Assembly: GCA_948467875.1 (NCBI GenBank)
Contig: CAOKFZ010000001.1
Coordinates: forward strand, 61,889-125,888
Reading direction: 5' to 3'
DNA: 64,000 nucleotides
Source of the DNA: an uncultured Clostridium sp.
Lineage (GTDB): Bacteria; Bacillota; Clostridia; TANB77; CAG-508
A program made the translations under genes and the position numbers. The notes below the pieces were generated by a model. That model did not search any database and was not told the DNA's origin. It worked only from the letters and a program-made list of their open reading frames with translations. Of this stretch, positions 21,303-31,590 are shown one piece after another; the stretch's first letter is position 1; each line of letters begins with the position of its first letter.

Positions 21303-21968
21303 TTACATTTTTCTAAATACTCCAGTCACTTTTCCCAAAATTTCACAATTTGGAACAATAATTGGCTCCATTGTTGAATTTTCAGGTTGCAATCTAATAT
21401 GATCTTTTTCTTTATAAAAAGTTTTTACAGTAGCTTCATCTTCTATCAAAGCAACAACAATTTCCCCATTAATTGCTGAATTTTGCTTTCTCACTAAAAT
21501 ATAATCTCCATTTAAAATTCCTGCTTCAATCATGCTCTCTCCCCTTACAACAAGCATGAAACTTTCACTATTTCCCACAAAATCCAATGGAATCGGAAAA
21601 GTGTCAGTTATATTTTCAACTGCTAAAATCGGCTCTCCAGCTGTAATCTTTCCAACAATCGGAACATTTACCATTTCGCGATCAGAATAAAATTCTTTTT
21701 CAAATGTTTCTTGCGAATCCTCCAAGGCTCCGCCTTTTAATAATTTCAAGGTTCTACCTTTTTGGCTTTCCTTTTTGATATAGCCTTTACGTTCTAATGC
21801 CTCTAAATAGCCATGCACAGTCGCTGTTGATTTTAATCCCACTGCTTTTCCAATTTCCCTCACAGATGGTGGATAGCCATTGGCTTTTATCTGTTTTTCA
21901 ATAAATTTCAATATCGCTTTTTCTCTTTTATTAATACTATTGGGATCTTTTTTCTTCATAAATATCAC
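21303..21968 (-). CDS. lexA: LexA repressor
   Basis: An N-terminal wHTH domain and a C-terminal S24 peptidase domain (GESMIEAGI, VALIEDEATVKTF). An AAGGAG RBS lies 8 nt before the ATG. Confidence 0.85.
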   Translation of the reverse strand: MIFMKKKDPNSINKREKAILKFIEKQIKANGYPPSVREIGKAVGLKSTATVHGYLEALERKGYIKKESQKGRTLKLLKGGALEDSQETFEKEFYSDREMVNVPIVGKITAGEPILAVENITDTFPIPLDFVGNSESFMLVVRGESMIEAGILNGDYILVRKQNSAINGEIVVALIEDEATVKTFYKEKDHIRLQPENSTMEPIIVPNCEILGKVTGVFRKM

Positions 21969-22036
21969 TCCTTTTCACTTTTTGCGCAGAGAAATTTTGT
22001 TTGTAGAAACATTTTATCACAAAACATTTGATTTGT

Positions 22037-22051
22037 CAAACAAAAGTTTAC
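22037..22051. promoter_or_regulatory. Candidate degenerate LexA (Cheo-like) operator upstream of lexA
   Basis: CAAACAAAAGTTTAC has an AAC-N4-GTT dyad core. The consensus is CGAACnnnnGTTCG, and this site has 2 mismatches. Confidence 0.25.
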
Positions 22052-22129
22052 TTATTTTTTATATTTTTTCTGTCACAAAAAAAGAACTTATCTAAAACAT
22101 TTTCTGTTCCTAATTAAGTTCTTTCTAGT

Positions 22130-22585
22130 TTATTCATCATTATCGTCTTTCTTATCTTGCAACAATTCTAATTGTGAAATCAATAATGCTTCCATTTTTG
22201 CTTTATACACTTCAAATTGTTTCTTCAAATCTTCTGTCCTTCTACGAACTTCAACTTCATCTTTATTGACATTTTCAACCATTTTTTGTGCTTCTAATTT
22301 TGCCTCATTAATAATTTGATCGGCTTGCTTTTGTGCCATATTTTTAATATCTTCTGCGGTTGTTTGGGCCATGACTAAAGTATTTTGCAAAGTACGTTCA
22401 ACTGTTTTAAAACGTTCTATTTCTTTTTGCTGTTCATCAAATTTACTTTTATACTCGGCATTTTCTTTATATAGTTTTTCGTATTCCAAAGTTAGCTGAT
22501 CCAAAAAGTCATCAACTTCGTCTACATTATATCCTTTCAGAGTCCTTGTAAACTTCTTATTCTCAATATCTAAAGGTGTCAACAT
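22130..22585 (-). CDS. divIVA: DivIVA domain cell-division protein
   Basis: The N-terminus MLTPLDIENKKFTRTLKGYNVDEVDDFLD is the canonical DivIVA sequence. The rest is coiled-coil. Confidence 0.85.
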   Translation of the reverse strand: MLTPLDIENKKFTRTLKGYNVDEVDDFLDQLTLEYEKLYKENAEYKSKFDEQQKEIERFKTVERTLQNTLVMAQTTAEDIKNMAQKQADQIINEAKLEAQKMVENVNKDEVEVRRRTEDLKKQFEVYKAKMEALLISQLELLQDKKDDNDE

Positions 22586-22606
22586 ATGTTTGTCCTCCTA
22601 TTTTTA

Positions 22607-23083
22607 TTATTTAATCCCAAAGCCTGAAAATTTGCTTTCTAACTTTTCTTTCGAAAACTGATTTTCTATATCATAATTATATGGGGCAATAACAAATATA
22701 GAATTAGAAACCTTTTCCATATTGCCATCCAAAGCTTTTACCGCTCCACTTACAACATCTACAATTCTTCTTCCCACTTCTTTACTAACGTACTCTAAGT
22801 TAATAACGACAGAATTTTTATTTTTCAATTGTGCAATAATTTCATTGGCCTGCTCAAATGTTGTTGGCTTTGAAATTTGCATTTTTATTTGTTGTGCTTT
22901 TGGCATAGGGACTACTTTGCTTCTACCTTTGTTAAACAAGCTTAGTTTACTTTCGCTTTCCTCTTCTTCATCTGCATAATCATAGTCGTATTCCGTGTTG
23001 TCATACTCTTCATCGTATTCTTCTGCTTGCTCCTCTTCTCCCCAAAAATAATTCATAATCTTCTTAATTGCTGTTCCTGCCAC
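22607..23083 (-). CDS. sepF: Cell division protein SepF
   Basis: An acidic N-terminal linker is followed by the SepF/DUF552 core ...PTTFEQANEIIAQLKNKNSVVINLEYV. Confidence 0.8.
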   Translation of the reverse strand: MAGTAIKKIMNYFWGEEEQAEEYDEEYDNTEYDYDYADEEEESESKLSLFNKGRSKVVPMPKAQQIKMQISKPTTFEQANEIIAQLKNKNSVVINLEYVSKEVGRRIVDVVSGAVKALDGNMEKVSNSIFVIAPYNYDIENQFSKEKLESKFSGFGIK

Positions 23084-23266
23084 TTTCCCAAACCTCCTAT
23101 ATATTTTTCCTTCGTGTTATAACATACCTATAGTATCTTACTTTTTGTATCGATTGTCAATACTTTTTTAGCATTTTTAACCATTGTTACACAAACTTAA
23201 TATTTTTGTAATATTTATGTTTTTTTGTAATATTTTTGTAATATTTTGTCGTTTTTTCATTTTTCT

Positions 23267-24495
23267 TTAATGTAACAAGATTTCATCATACACACTCAAT
23301 TTTGCACGTTTTTCAATGAATTCATGATCAAAACCCAACTCAATCAATTCTTCATCTGTATAATTTTCAATAATTGAATATGTATCATTTTGTCGTAAAA
23401 TTTTTACATAAATTTTATCACTAAAACCTGCCTTACTTCTTTCAATATAGCTTAAATCATTTTCTTCTAAAATCGATGAATTACTAATTTTAAGTCCACT
23501 ATAGCTCCACCAAATCACATCTACATATATTTTACGGTACTGTGTTAGTGATTCTACATGTTCCGTAATTTTAAACACAATTACCCTATGGTCACCTTCC
23601 TCTTGCACAATATATTCAATTGTCGCCTCCACTTCTACTGCCTCCGAAATTCGCAAAAGCACTTTATCTCCGTACTTTAGCAGTAGATGCCTTTTCAGTA
23701 TTCATCGGACAAGCGATATAGCATTCAAAATTGTTGATCACTTTTCCTTTTTCTGTGCTTGTCGCAATCATACTGCTAGATTTCGTATCCAACGATTTCA
23801 AAAAATCTGTACTCAAATAATCAAAATCCTTCACGCCGCAAAATTTCTTCTAATCCATCTACACGGTAAGAAACCATCCCAGATATCGGAGAATTTATCA
23901 CTTCTGAACTATTGCTTAAACTACTTTCTAATGAATTTCTTTGTTCAATGAGCGACTTCACATGCGAATCCGCAGGGCTCAAATTTCCTGTTATTTTCGT
24001 TTTTTTGGAAACGTATGTATCAAGCTGCGCTATCTTATCTTGTATCTCTTCTAAATCATTCAATTCATAAATGGAATTTACCAATTTTTCAATCTGGTTT
24101 TCCAAATTGGTTATATCAGTTGACCAAATCATCAAGCCACTACTTTCAATTTCGGCATTAATTTCATCATCTAAATTCGCTATTTTGCTCAAAATTTTTT
24201 CTTCTCCATTCGAGTAATAACGAAACGCTGGACTATTTTTTGCAATTCGTTGTCCTTCTGAAACAATTGGAACCATACCATTTTTGTAATTTTCCCCCTG
24301 CAAAACAACTTCTTCGCGTAAAATATACCCTTCTGCACTTTCCTCAAACCTAAGCGAGCCTTGCTCTACCACACAAATTTGTGCAATATTTTGCAAAAGG
24401 TCAATCCCTTTTTGAACAATCAGAATGAAACATGCCAAAACCATGATACCTATCACAATCCTAAAAAAACTTAATTTGTTTTCTTCATCCTTCAA
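23267..24495 (-). CDS. HlyD-family / periplasmic-adaptor-like membrane protein, with two frame breaks in 23660-23830
   Basis: An N-terminal TM helix (IVIGIMVLACFILIV), a coiled-coil region and the barrel motif SPISGMVSYRVDG. Re-translation links ORFs 23821-24495 and 23267-23662 through ...KDFDYLSTDFLKSLDTKSSSMIATSTEKGKV... to ...KYGDKVLLRISEAVEVE.... Confidence 0.4.
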
Positions 24496-25415
24496 TTTTT
24501 ATATTCCTCCAAAATAATAGCCATATTATCTTGTATGCCATCTTCTGCCGCAAGCCAAATTGTCTCTTTATTTTTGCGAAACCATGTCAATTGCCTTTTC
24601 GCATATCTTCTCGTCTCCTGCTTAATTTTCTCTACCATTTCCTCATAGGTGCACTTCTCTTCCAAATATTCGACCACTTCTTTATAGCCCAAACCCTGCA
24701 TCGCTGTCGGAAAATGCTGATACTTTTCTTTCAAATTTCGCACTTCTTCCACCAAACCTTGCTTCAACATCAAATCCACACGATGATTAATACGCTCATA
24801 CAATTTTTCTCGTTCCATATTCAACGCAAAAACCTTAAAATCATATTTCACACCATTTTGCCTTGACCAGATTTCTTGCTGCGTTTTATTCGCTCCAGTC
24901 GCCTTATAAATTTCCAAAATGCGAACAATTCTTTTTTTGTCATTTTGACTAATTTTCTTTATTGCTTCTTCATCAATTGCTTTTGCCTCTTCATATAATT
25001 CTTTCAAGCCTTCTTCTGTCTGCGCCTTTTCCATTAACAAATCACGATATTTTTCATCAAATTCCATATCTGGATACGTAATTCCATATACCACAGAATC
25101 CACATACAATCCTGTTCCGCCAACAATAATTGGCACTTTTCCTTTGTCCAAAATTTCTTTTATCGCCGTCTCGCAATCTCGCTTAAAATCCGAAACCGAA
25201 TATCTTTCCTCTGGAGACACAAAATCTACCAAATAATGTCGAATTCCTTGCATTTCCTCTCTGGTCACTTTCGCAGTCCCAATATCCATATCTTGGTAAA
25301 TTTGCATGGAATCACTAGAAATAATCTCACCATCTATTTTTTTTGCTAGCTCAATTGATAACGCTGTTTTTCCAGATGCGGTCGGACCTGCAATCACAAT
25401 TACTTTTGGTTTCAT
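24492..25415 (-). CDS. miaA: tRNA dimethylallyltransferase
   Basis: P-loop GPTASGKT and the motif SSDSMQIYQDMDIGTAK. 307 aa. Confidence 0.85.
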   Translation of the reverse strand: MKPKVIVIAGPTASGKTALSIELAKKIDGEIISSDSMQIYQDMDIGTAKVTREEMQGIRHYLVDFVSPEERYSVSDFKRDCETAIKEILDKGKVPIIVGGTGLYVDSVVYGITYPDMEFDEKYRDLLMEKAQTEEGLKELYEEAKAIDEEAIKKISQNDKKRIVRILEIYKATGANKTQQEIWSRQNGVKYDFKVFALNMEREKLYERINHRVDLMLKQGLVEEVRNLKEKYQHFPTAMQGLGYKEVVEYLEEKCTYEEMVEKIKQETRRYAKRQLTWFRKNKETIWLAAEDGIQDNMAIILEEYKN

Positions 25416-25439
25416 TTTTCTCCTCCATTTTTCGGTTTT

Positions 25440-27857
25440 CTATTTTCGTGCAAATTTTCGTTCCAAATCATACTTCGTCATTTTAATCGCAGTTGGGCGA
25501 CCATGTGGACATGTAAACGGATTTGGCAAATGCAACAATTCCTGCATCAAACTATCCACCTCTTGCAAATCCAATTTCATATGCGCTTTGACTGCTGCTT
25601 TGCAAGCCACTGTTGCAATAAATTTATCTTCTTTTTCTTGCGTTGCTGTTACAGCAACTGTGTTGATTTCATCAAGCAACTCCAAAAATAATTGTTTGGT
25701 GTTCATATTTTCACACATGCTTGGTACTTGCGTTACCTTAATAGTATTATCCCCAAATTCTTCAAATACAAAACCTGCTTTTGCAAACATTTCTACATTT
25801 TCTTGAGCAATATCCATTTCTTTGTTCGTCAGCTGCACAATATCAGGAAGTAACAAAAGCTGCGAATCCTTTTCTTCGTCCCTATAATAATTCGCCTTTA
25901 CCTTTTCATACAAAATTCGCTCATGTGCTGCATGTTGGTCAATCATGTATAGCTCATCTTTCATTTCTATCATAATATAAGTGGAAAACGCAATTCCGAC
26001 AAACTTATATGGAATATTCGCATACTCTTCTGAATTGTCAAACAAACTTTCATTTAGAGCTCCTGCATATTCTACTTGGGCAACATCCAATTTTTCACTT
26101 TTGTCTTCCTTTTTCGGTTCACTTTTTCGATTAGCATTGACCTCAATCCCAAATGCTTTTTTATACATTTCTTCAAATTCTGGCGTAATTTCTGGAATTT
26201 CTTTTAGCGCTTCTTTTACCTTTGTGGTATCAATCATTTCCGTGCTATCTTCGTCTTTTAATTTTGCCTCCAGCAATTTATCCACAACATTGGTAATAAA
26301 CTCATCCTTTTTCTCTTCTGCTATTTTTATTTCTGCTTCTGTTTTTTCCTCTTCCGGCAGCTTGATTGTTTCATCCGTTACAGGCTCTTTTGCCTGTTCT
26401 ATTTGCATCGTTTCATCTTTTGCCAAACTTTCTGGCTCTTTGCTAATTTGAATAGTATCTTGAGCTACTTGGCACTGAGCTTCTTTTTCTAGCAAATTTT
26501 CTTCTACTTTTTCCTTCACTTCTGCCACATTAATTTCCTGTGTATTACTTGAAATTCTTGTATTACCAAATTGAATGGCTCGCCCTGCTTCATCGTATTC
26601 TCTTTCTTTTTCCTCTGCTACCTTATCCGCAATTGAACCTGTTTTATATAAATCTTCCAATTTGTTATCCGAATTCACTTTCGAAGTTTCCAATTGGGTA
26701 GCTATTTGCATTGTCTTTTCAGGCGTTATTTGAGAAATCAAGGAATTTATTGCTTGAATTCTTTCCTCGATTGTCATTCCTTCTTTGATTTCCAATTTTG
26801 GTCCTTCGTCTTTTGGTTCTTCTTTTTTCGTTTCAAGCTCAATTGGTCTTTCTACATTTTCTACCAATTCTGATTTTCCAAACCCTGCTTTTATCGCATG
26901 ATATACCGCTTTAAATACAGCATTTTCATCTTGAAAACGAACTTCGAGTTTCGCAGGATGCACATTCACGTCTAGTTTTTGTGGATTCATTTCCAAATTC
27001 AAAATCACAAAACCAAATTTTCCAATTGGAATCATACCTTTGTAGGCTTGATCAACTGCTGCTGTTAAATTCTTATCTTTAATATATCTGCCATTGACAA
27101 AAAAGATTTGATTTTGACGATTTGCTCTTGCAATTTCTGGCTTTCCAACCACTCCACTGACTTTGATATCTTCATAAATGTATTCTACTTCCATGATGCC
27201 ATTGGCAATATCTTTCCCATAAATGCTGTAAATGATATTTTTAAAGTCGCCACTACCATTTGTTTGAAGAATCGTCTTTCCTGAACTAATGAGCTTAATC
27301 GAAATCTCTTTATTTACCAAAGCAATTCGTCTTACATTGTCTTCTATGTAGCCACTTTCCGTATAATCTTTTTTCAAAAATTTATATCGCACTGGTGTGT
27401 TAAAAAACAAATTTCGGACGGTAATTGTTGTTCCAACAGGGCAACCAATTTCTGCTTTTTCTAAAATTTTTCCACCTTCCACAACAATTTTATGTCCAAT
27501 TTCCTCTCCTTCTTTTTTAGAAACCATCTCGACATTCGCAATGGCTGCAATGCTCGCCAAAGCCTCGCCACGAAATCCCATTGTAGTCACTGTTTCCAAA
27601 TCGACCGCTTTTCTAATTTTACTGGTTGCGTGTCTTTCAAAAGCCATTTCCATATCATCCTCTGAAATTCCTGAACCATTATCCGTAATTTTAATAAACG
27701 AAATTCCACCGTTTTTGATTTCAACTGTTATGTTTTTCGCCCCTGCGTCAATGGAATTTTCCACCATTTCTTTTACCACAGAAGCAGGTCTTTCAATCAC
27801 TTCTCCAGCCGCTATTTTATTAATTGTTAAATCATCTAAAAGAACAATATTCCCCAT
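25440..27857 (-). CDS. mutL: DNA mismatch repair protein MutL, with a long E/K-rich linker
   Basis: The N-terminal GHKL ATPase reads LDDLTINKIAAGEVIERPASVVKEMVENSIDAG. The C-terminal dimerisation domain has FTCPHGRP. Confidence 0.85.
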   Translation of the reverse strand: MGNIVLLDDLTINKIAAGEVIERPASVVKEMVENSIDAGAKNITVEIKNGGISFIKITDNGSGISEDDMEMAFERHATSKIRKAVDLETVTTMGFRGEALASIAAIANVEMVSKKEGEEIGHKIVVEGGKILEKAEIGCPVGTTITVRNLFFNTPVRYKFLKKDYTESGYIEDNVRRIALVNKEISIKLISSGKTILQTNGSGDFKNIIYSIYGKDIANGIMEVEYIYEDIKVSGVVGKPEIARANRQNQIFFVNGRYIKDKNLTAAVDQAYKGMIPIGKFGFVILNLEMNPQKLDVNVHPAKLEVRFQDENAVFKAVYHAIKAGFGKSELVENVERPIELETKKEEPKDEGPKLEIKEGMTIEERIQAINSLISQITPEKTMQIATQLETSKVNSDNKLEDLYKTGSIADKVAEEKEREYDEAGRAIQFGNTRISSNTQEINVAEVKEKVEENLLEKEAQCQVAQDTIQISKEPESLAKDETMQIEQAKEPVTDETIKLPEEEKTEAEIKIAEEKKDEFITNVVDKLLEAKLKDEDSTEMIDTTKVKEALKEIPEITPEFEEMYKKAFGIEVNANRKSEPKKEDKSEKLDVAQVEYAGALNESLFDNSEEYANIPYKFVGIAFSTYIMIEMKDELYMIDQHAAHERILYEKVKANYYRDEEKDSQLLLLPDIVQLTNKEMDIAQENVEMFAKAGFVFEEFGDNTIKVTQVPSMCENMNTKQLFLELLDEINTVAVTATQEKEDKFIATVACKAAVKAHMKLDLQEVDSLMQELLHLPNPFTCPHGRPTAIKMTKYDLERKFARK

Positions 27858-27960
27858 ATATTTTCCCCTTTATTTTATTCCTACGTAATTTTATGAAGTT
27901 ATTATATCATTAAAAAAATTTTTTGTATATGTTTTTTCAAAATTTATTTTCCGCAACAAC

Positions 27961-28018
27961 AAAAGAGAGTATATCTATTATCTCTACTTTCAAAAATAAT
28001 AGATATACTCTCTTTTTC
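27961..28018. terminator. Strong bidirectional intrinsic terminator
   Basis: A perfect 18-bp stem AGAGAGTATATCTATTAT / ATAATAGATATACTCTCT with a 14-nt loop. It is flanked by an A-run and a T-run. Confidence 0.7.
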
Positions 28019-28056
28019 TAGATATTAACAACTCGATTTAGTTATGATTTTCAATT

Positions 28057-28614
28057 TTATTTTACCTGTTGTTTTAACTTAAAAATGTCATTTTGGCAGA
28101 CTTCCATTTTCAATTCTGTTCGGTTCATTCTTTCCTCTAAATCATGCATTTTTTCACTTCTCTCAACATTTTTTTGATTGTCTAACAAAGCAGAATCTCC
28201 AATCGCAACAATTCGATCTCCGTATTCACACTCAAATAAGAAAAACTGGTCTAACATATCTTGTCTTAACTCTTCTATTTTAGAATTAAAATCATCTGAC
28301 ATCTGCTGCATTTTTACAATAAATATATCTGACAAAATTTGCAATTTTGCATCAAATGTATCTGATAAATTCTGTAATCTAGCATCAACACTATCCGACA
28401 ATTTCTGCAATTTCACATCAAAACTATCTGATAAATTTTGCAACTTTACGTCAAAGCTATCTGATAAATTCTGTAACTTTACATCAAAGTTATCCGAAAA
28501 TTCTTGAAATTTAGCATCTAGTTTAGCATCTAACTTTTCGTCTAATAATTTTCCTATTTGTTTTTCTATCTTGTCATCTAACATTTGCCCAATTTTTACC
28601 AACAAATCTTCCAT
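28057..28614 (-). CDS. Coiled-coil protein built from tandem 11-residue repeats (consensus FDVKLQNLSDS); function unknown
   Basis: The start was chosen at MEDLLVKIGQ, which has a GGAGGTG RBS 7 nt upstream. The longer tracked ORF would overlap the upstream radical-SAM gene. There is no TM segment. Confidence 0.5.
   Translation of the reverse strand: MEDLLVKIGQMLDDKIEKQIGKLLDEKLDAKLDAKFQEFSDNFDVKLQNLSDSFDVKLQNLSDSFDVKLQKLSDSVDARLQNLSDTFDAKLQILSDIFIVKMQQMSDDFNSKIEELRQDMLDQFFLFECEYGDRIVAIGDSALLDNQKNVERSEKMHDLEERMNRTELKMEVCQNDIFKLKQQVK
28326..28535. repeat. About six tandem 33-bp repeats followed by 12-bp sub-repeats, inside CDS 28057-28614
   Basis: Successive units are TATCTGACAAAATTTGCAATTTTGCATCAAATG, TATCTGATAAATTCTGTAATCTAGCATCAACAC, TATCCGACAATTTCTGCAATTTCACATCAAAAC, and so on. 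Confidence 0.8.
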
Positions 28615-28675
28615 CTCATTCACCTCCATTTCAATTTTATTTTCGTTTATGTACATATCACGAATGTAGTTTCTA

Positions 28676-29611
28676 CTATAACATATTTTTCTCATCTTGG
28701 CAAGCTTTTTGACAAATTTTTTTATTTTTTTCCCAATTCGGAACATACTGTTTTTCATTTTCTTCCAAAGTTTGAAAATAACCATTCTGAAAACCGTATT
28801 TTTCTACAAAATCCAACACTTCTTCATATTCCTCTTTTGTCAATTTTCGGTTAATATCTTCTCTTTCCAAGGCTCGATACGCAGGAAAATATTGTGCCAT
28901 TATGCTCACATATACATTTGGATTTACATTTTTTCTAATCCACTTCAAAACCTGTTTTGTATTTTGCAAATGATTTGGCAAAACCAAATGTCTAATAATT
29001 AAACCTTTTTGTATCATTTCATTTTCATCAAACTTCGGGCTTCCCACTTGGCGCTCCATTTCCTTAATCGCCTTTGTCGCCACTTCAAAATAATTTGAAA
29101 TGCCTGACAAATCTTTTGCCAATTCATCATAATAATATTTCAAATCTGGCAAATATACATCCACATAAGCACTAAACATTTGAAGTGTTTCCACTTTCTC
29201 ATAGCCACTTGAATTGTACACAACTGGAAGCGTCAATCCCTTTGCTTTCGCCAACTTCAAACTTCCCACAATTTGCGGAACATAAATGCAACCTGTTACC
29301 AAATTAATATTATGAGCCCCTCTTTTTTGCAATTTCAAAAATTCATTTGCTAACTCTTCACCATTTACACATCTACCTTTCCTCATTTGACTAATTTCAT
29401 AATTCTGACAAAACACACAATTCATATTACATCCTGTAAAAAACACTGCTCCTGAGCCATTCGTCCCGCTAATGCAAGGCTCCTCAAAAAAATGCAAGTC
29501 AGCCAAAGATATCTTTATCTTATCATCTGATTTGCATCTTCCGTAAATCCCCTTTCATTCGATTAACTTTGCACTCATGTGGACACAATGTACACTTCTC
29601 TAAAATTCGCA
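28676..29611 (-). CDS. Radical SAM protein of the PflX / COG1313 family (PFL-activase homolog), with one frame break near 29510-29530
   Basis: ORF 28676-29506 has the cysteine motif CNMNCVFC (CX3CX2C). Re-translation upstream gives MRILEKCTLCPHECKVNRMKGDL..., which is the family's conserved N-terminal Cys motif in another frame. Confidence 0.6.
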
Positions 29612-29641
29612 TTTTTTAACTCCCAACGTTCAAATTTATTG

Positions 29642-29977
29642 CTAATTTAGAACATCTTTAATCGCTTCGCCTATGATTTTATTGACATCTGCAATCATCA
29701 CATTAAAGCGTACCTCTTTATCAAAATAATCTTTGACTTTCGGATTTTGTACCAAAATCTTGTACAACTCTTGCAACTTTTGCATTTTTTCTTCGCTCTG
29801 CTTTTCGCCTTGCATTGCCAAAAGTTGTTCCTCATAACGAATTTTCTCAAATTCTTCTACTTGTTCTTTTAACTTCAAATCGATAAATAATTCTTGTTTC
29901 AAAGCCTTGTATTCTTGATATTCTTTTGAATCTTTGATTGCCTTTGCCAAACGATTGGCATTATCGTAAACTTCCAT
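29642..29977 (-). CDS. YlbF/YmcA/YheA-family (UPF0342) regulator
   Basis: 111 aa. MEVYDNANRLAKAIKDSKEYQEYKALKQ and ...NVMIADVNKII resemble YheA. Confidence 0.75.
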   Translation of the reverse strand: MEVYDNANRLAKAIKDSKEYQEYKALKQELFIDLKLKEQVEEFEKIRYEEQLLAMQGEKQSEEKMQKLQELYKILVQNPKVKDYFDKEVRFNVMIADVNKIIGEAIKDVLN

Positions 29978-29991
29978 AATTCATGTCCTTT

Positions 29992-31581
29992 CTAATGATA
30001 AATCATGTAATCAATTTCTGGAAAAATGTCATCTTTCTCAAACACATCCAACAAAAATTGGGCATCAATTTTATCTTTCTTAATTTGATAATATAATTTT
30101 GTAAATCTCCCAATGTGTTCTTTAATCGCCTTATGCGCATATTCTACCATCGTTCCATTCGTAATAATAAACAACCAATCACTGCTTTGCGCCAGCAACA
30201 ACTCGCGTGCGCACTGATTTAATGCCTGACGGCGCAGTGTATCTCCCTCATTCGGATACAAATACGCCAACTCACACATGCGGTCTCCTGCTTTATGTAA
30301 ATGTCGATGAGCATAATCATTCGTTTCATTTAGCCAAACTTCGCTATAACCATTTGCCCCCCAACTTGAACGACACGGCGTAGATACTTGAATATTGGGA
30401 TGCCTATCAATATAATCACTTGGCGTAATCAGTTCAAAATTGCACTCATCATAATAAATTTTCTTAAACAAAATATACAACCAATATGGTCCCTCATACC
30501 ACCAATGCCCATACAATTCTGCATCATAAGGACAGGTAATAATCGGCGGAACATCCATATAACTTGCCAAATTTTCAATCTGCTTGGTTCTGCAATCCAT
30601 AAAATGTCCTGCTTGTTTTTCTGCCGAATCCTTTGCCCATTGTACATCATAAAAATCCTTTTGATCAGTTTTCCCTGTAATTCTGTGGTACTTGATGCCA
30701 GTATTCACACGCACACCATTGCTCGCTATGTATGGTTTGATGTAATCATAGTCTGCTTCATAGCCGATATCACGATAAAATTCACGGTAATTAAAATCGC
30801 CTGGATAACCAGAAATCGAACTCCACACTTGCCTTGAAGATTCTAAATCACGTGCAAAAGCAACTACATTATTAGGCGAAACAATTGGTGCATACGTTCC
30901 ATAAATTGGTGCAGGACTTCCATATAAAACCCCATGTGTTTCTGTAATGATAAACTCAATTCCAAATTCGCGCAAATACTTGTCAGCTTCTGGCACATAG
31001 CCACATTCTGGAAGCCAAATGCCACGTGGTTTTCTACCAAAAAATTTCTCATAAGTTTGCACACCAACTCCAATTTGCGCACGAACCGTTTTTTCGTTCA
31101 CATACAAAATTGGAAAATAGCCATGTGTAGCGCCACATGTAATAATTTCCAAAAAACCGCTATCTTGAAAATGCTTAAAACCCTGAATGATATTGCATTC
31201 ATATACATCTTGAAAAACATGTAAATCATTTGTGTAGCGGTCTAAATAATAATGTGACAAGCGATTTAAACGTTCGTCGTACTTTGTTCTCACGATTTCC
31301 TTTTCACACAACTCAATATGTTTTTTCAAATATTTGATATAACGATTTTGCAATAACTGATTGTCAAGCATATTCAAAAGCGGTGGCGTCATGGTCATCG
31401 TTAAACGAAACTTTACGCCTTCTTGTTCCAACTTTTGAAAATTCAACAACAATGGTATATATGTTTCTGAAATAGCTTCAAACAGCCATTCTTCCTCTAA
31501 ATAATCCTCACTTTCTGGATGATGAATATAGGGAAGATGCGCATGCAATATGAAACTAACATAACCTTTTACATTTTTCAT
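29992..31581 (-). CDS. Glycoside hydrolase family 57 protein (1,4-alpha-glucan branching-enzyme type)
   Basis: The N-terminus GYVSFILHAHLPYIHHPE is the hallmark of GH57. 529 aa. Confidence 0.8.
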   Translation of the reverse strand: MKNVKGYVSFILHAHLPYIHHPESEDYLEEEWLFEAISETYIPLLLNFQKLEQEGVKFRLTMTMTPPLLNMLDNQLLQNRYIKYLKKHIELCEKEIVRTKYDERLNRLSHYYLDRYTNDLHVFQDVYECNIIQGFKHFQDSGFLEIITCGATHGYFPILYVNEKTVRAQIGVGVQTYEKFFGRKPRGIWLPECGYVPEADKYLREFGIEFIITETHGVLYGSPAPIYGTYAPIVSPNNVVAFARDLESSRQVWSSISGYPGDFNYREFYRDIGYEADYDYIKPYIASNGVRVNTGIKYHRITGKTDQKDFYDVQWAKDSAEKQAGHFMDCRTKQIENLASYMDVPPIITCPYDAELYGHWWYEGPYWLYILFKKIYYDECNFELITPSDYIDRHPNIQVSTPCRSSWGANGYSEVWLNETNDYAHRHLHKAGDRMCELAYLYPNEGDTLRRQALNQCARELLLAQSSDWLFIITNGTMVEYAHKAIKEHIGRFTKLYYQIKKDKIDAQFLLDVFEKDDIFPEIDYMIYH

Positions 31582-31590
31582 AAAATCTCC

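Noticed and set aside
25981-26451. 156-aa Ser/Phe-rich plus-strand ORF
   Set aside because: It is antisense to the E/K-rich linker of mutL. The low complexity keeps the frame open.
28326-28535. Regular 33-bp repeats, considered as a possible CRISPR array
   Set aside because: The array has no unique spacers. The repeats are contiguous, in phase and inside a coding sequence. They are a protein-coding tandem repeat.
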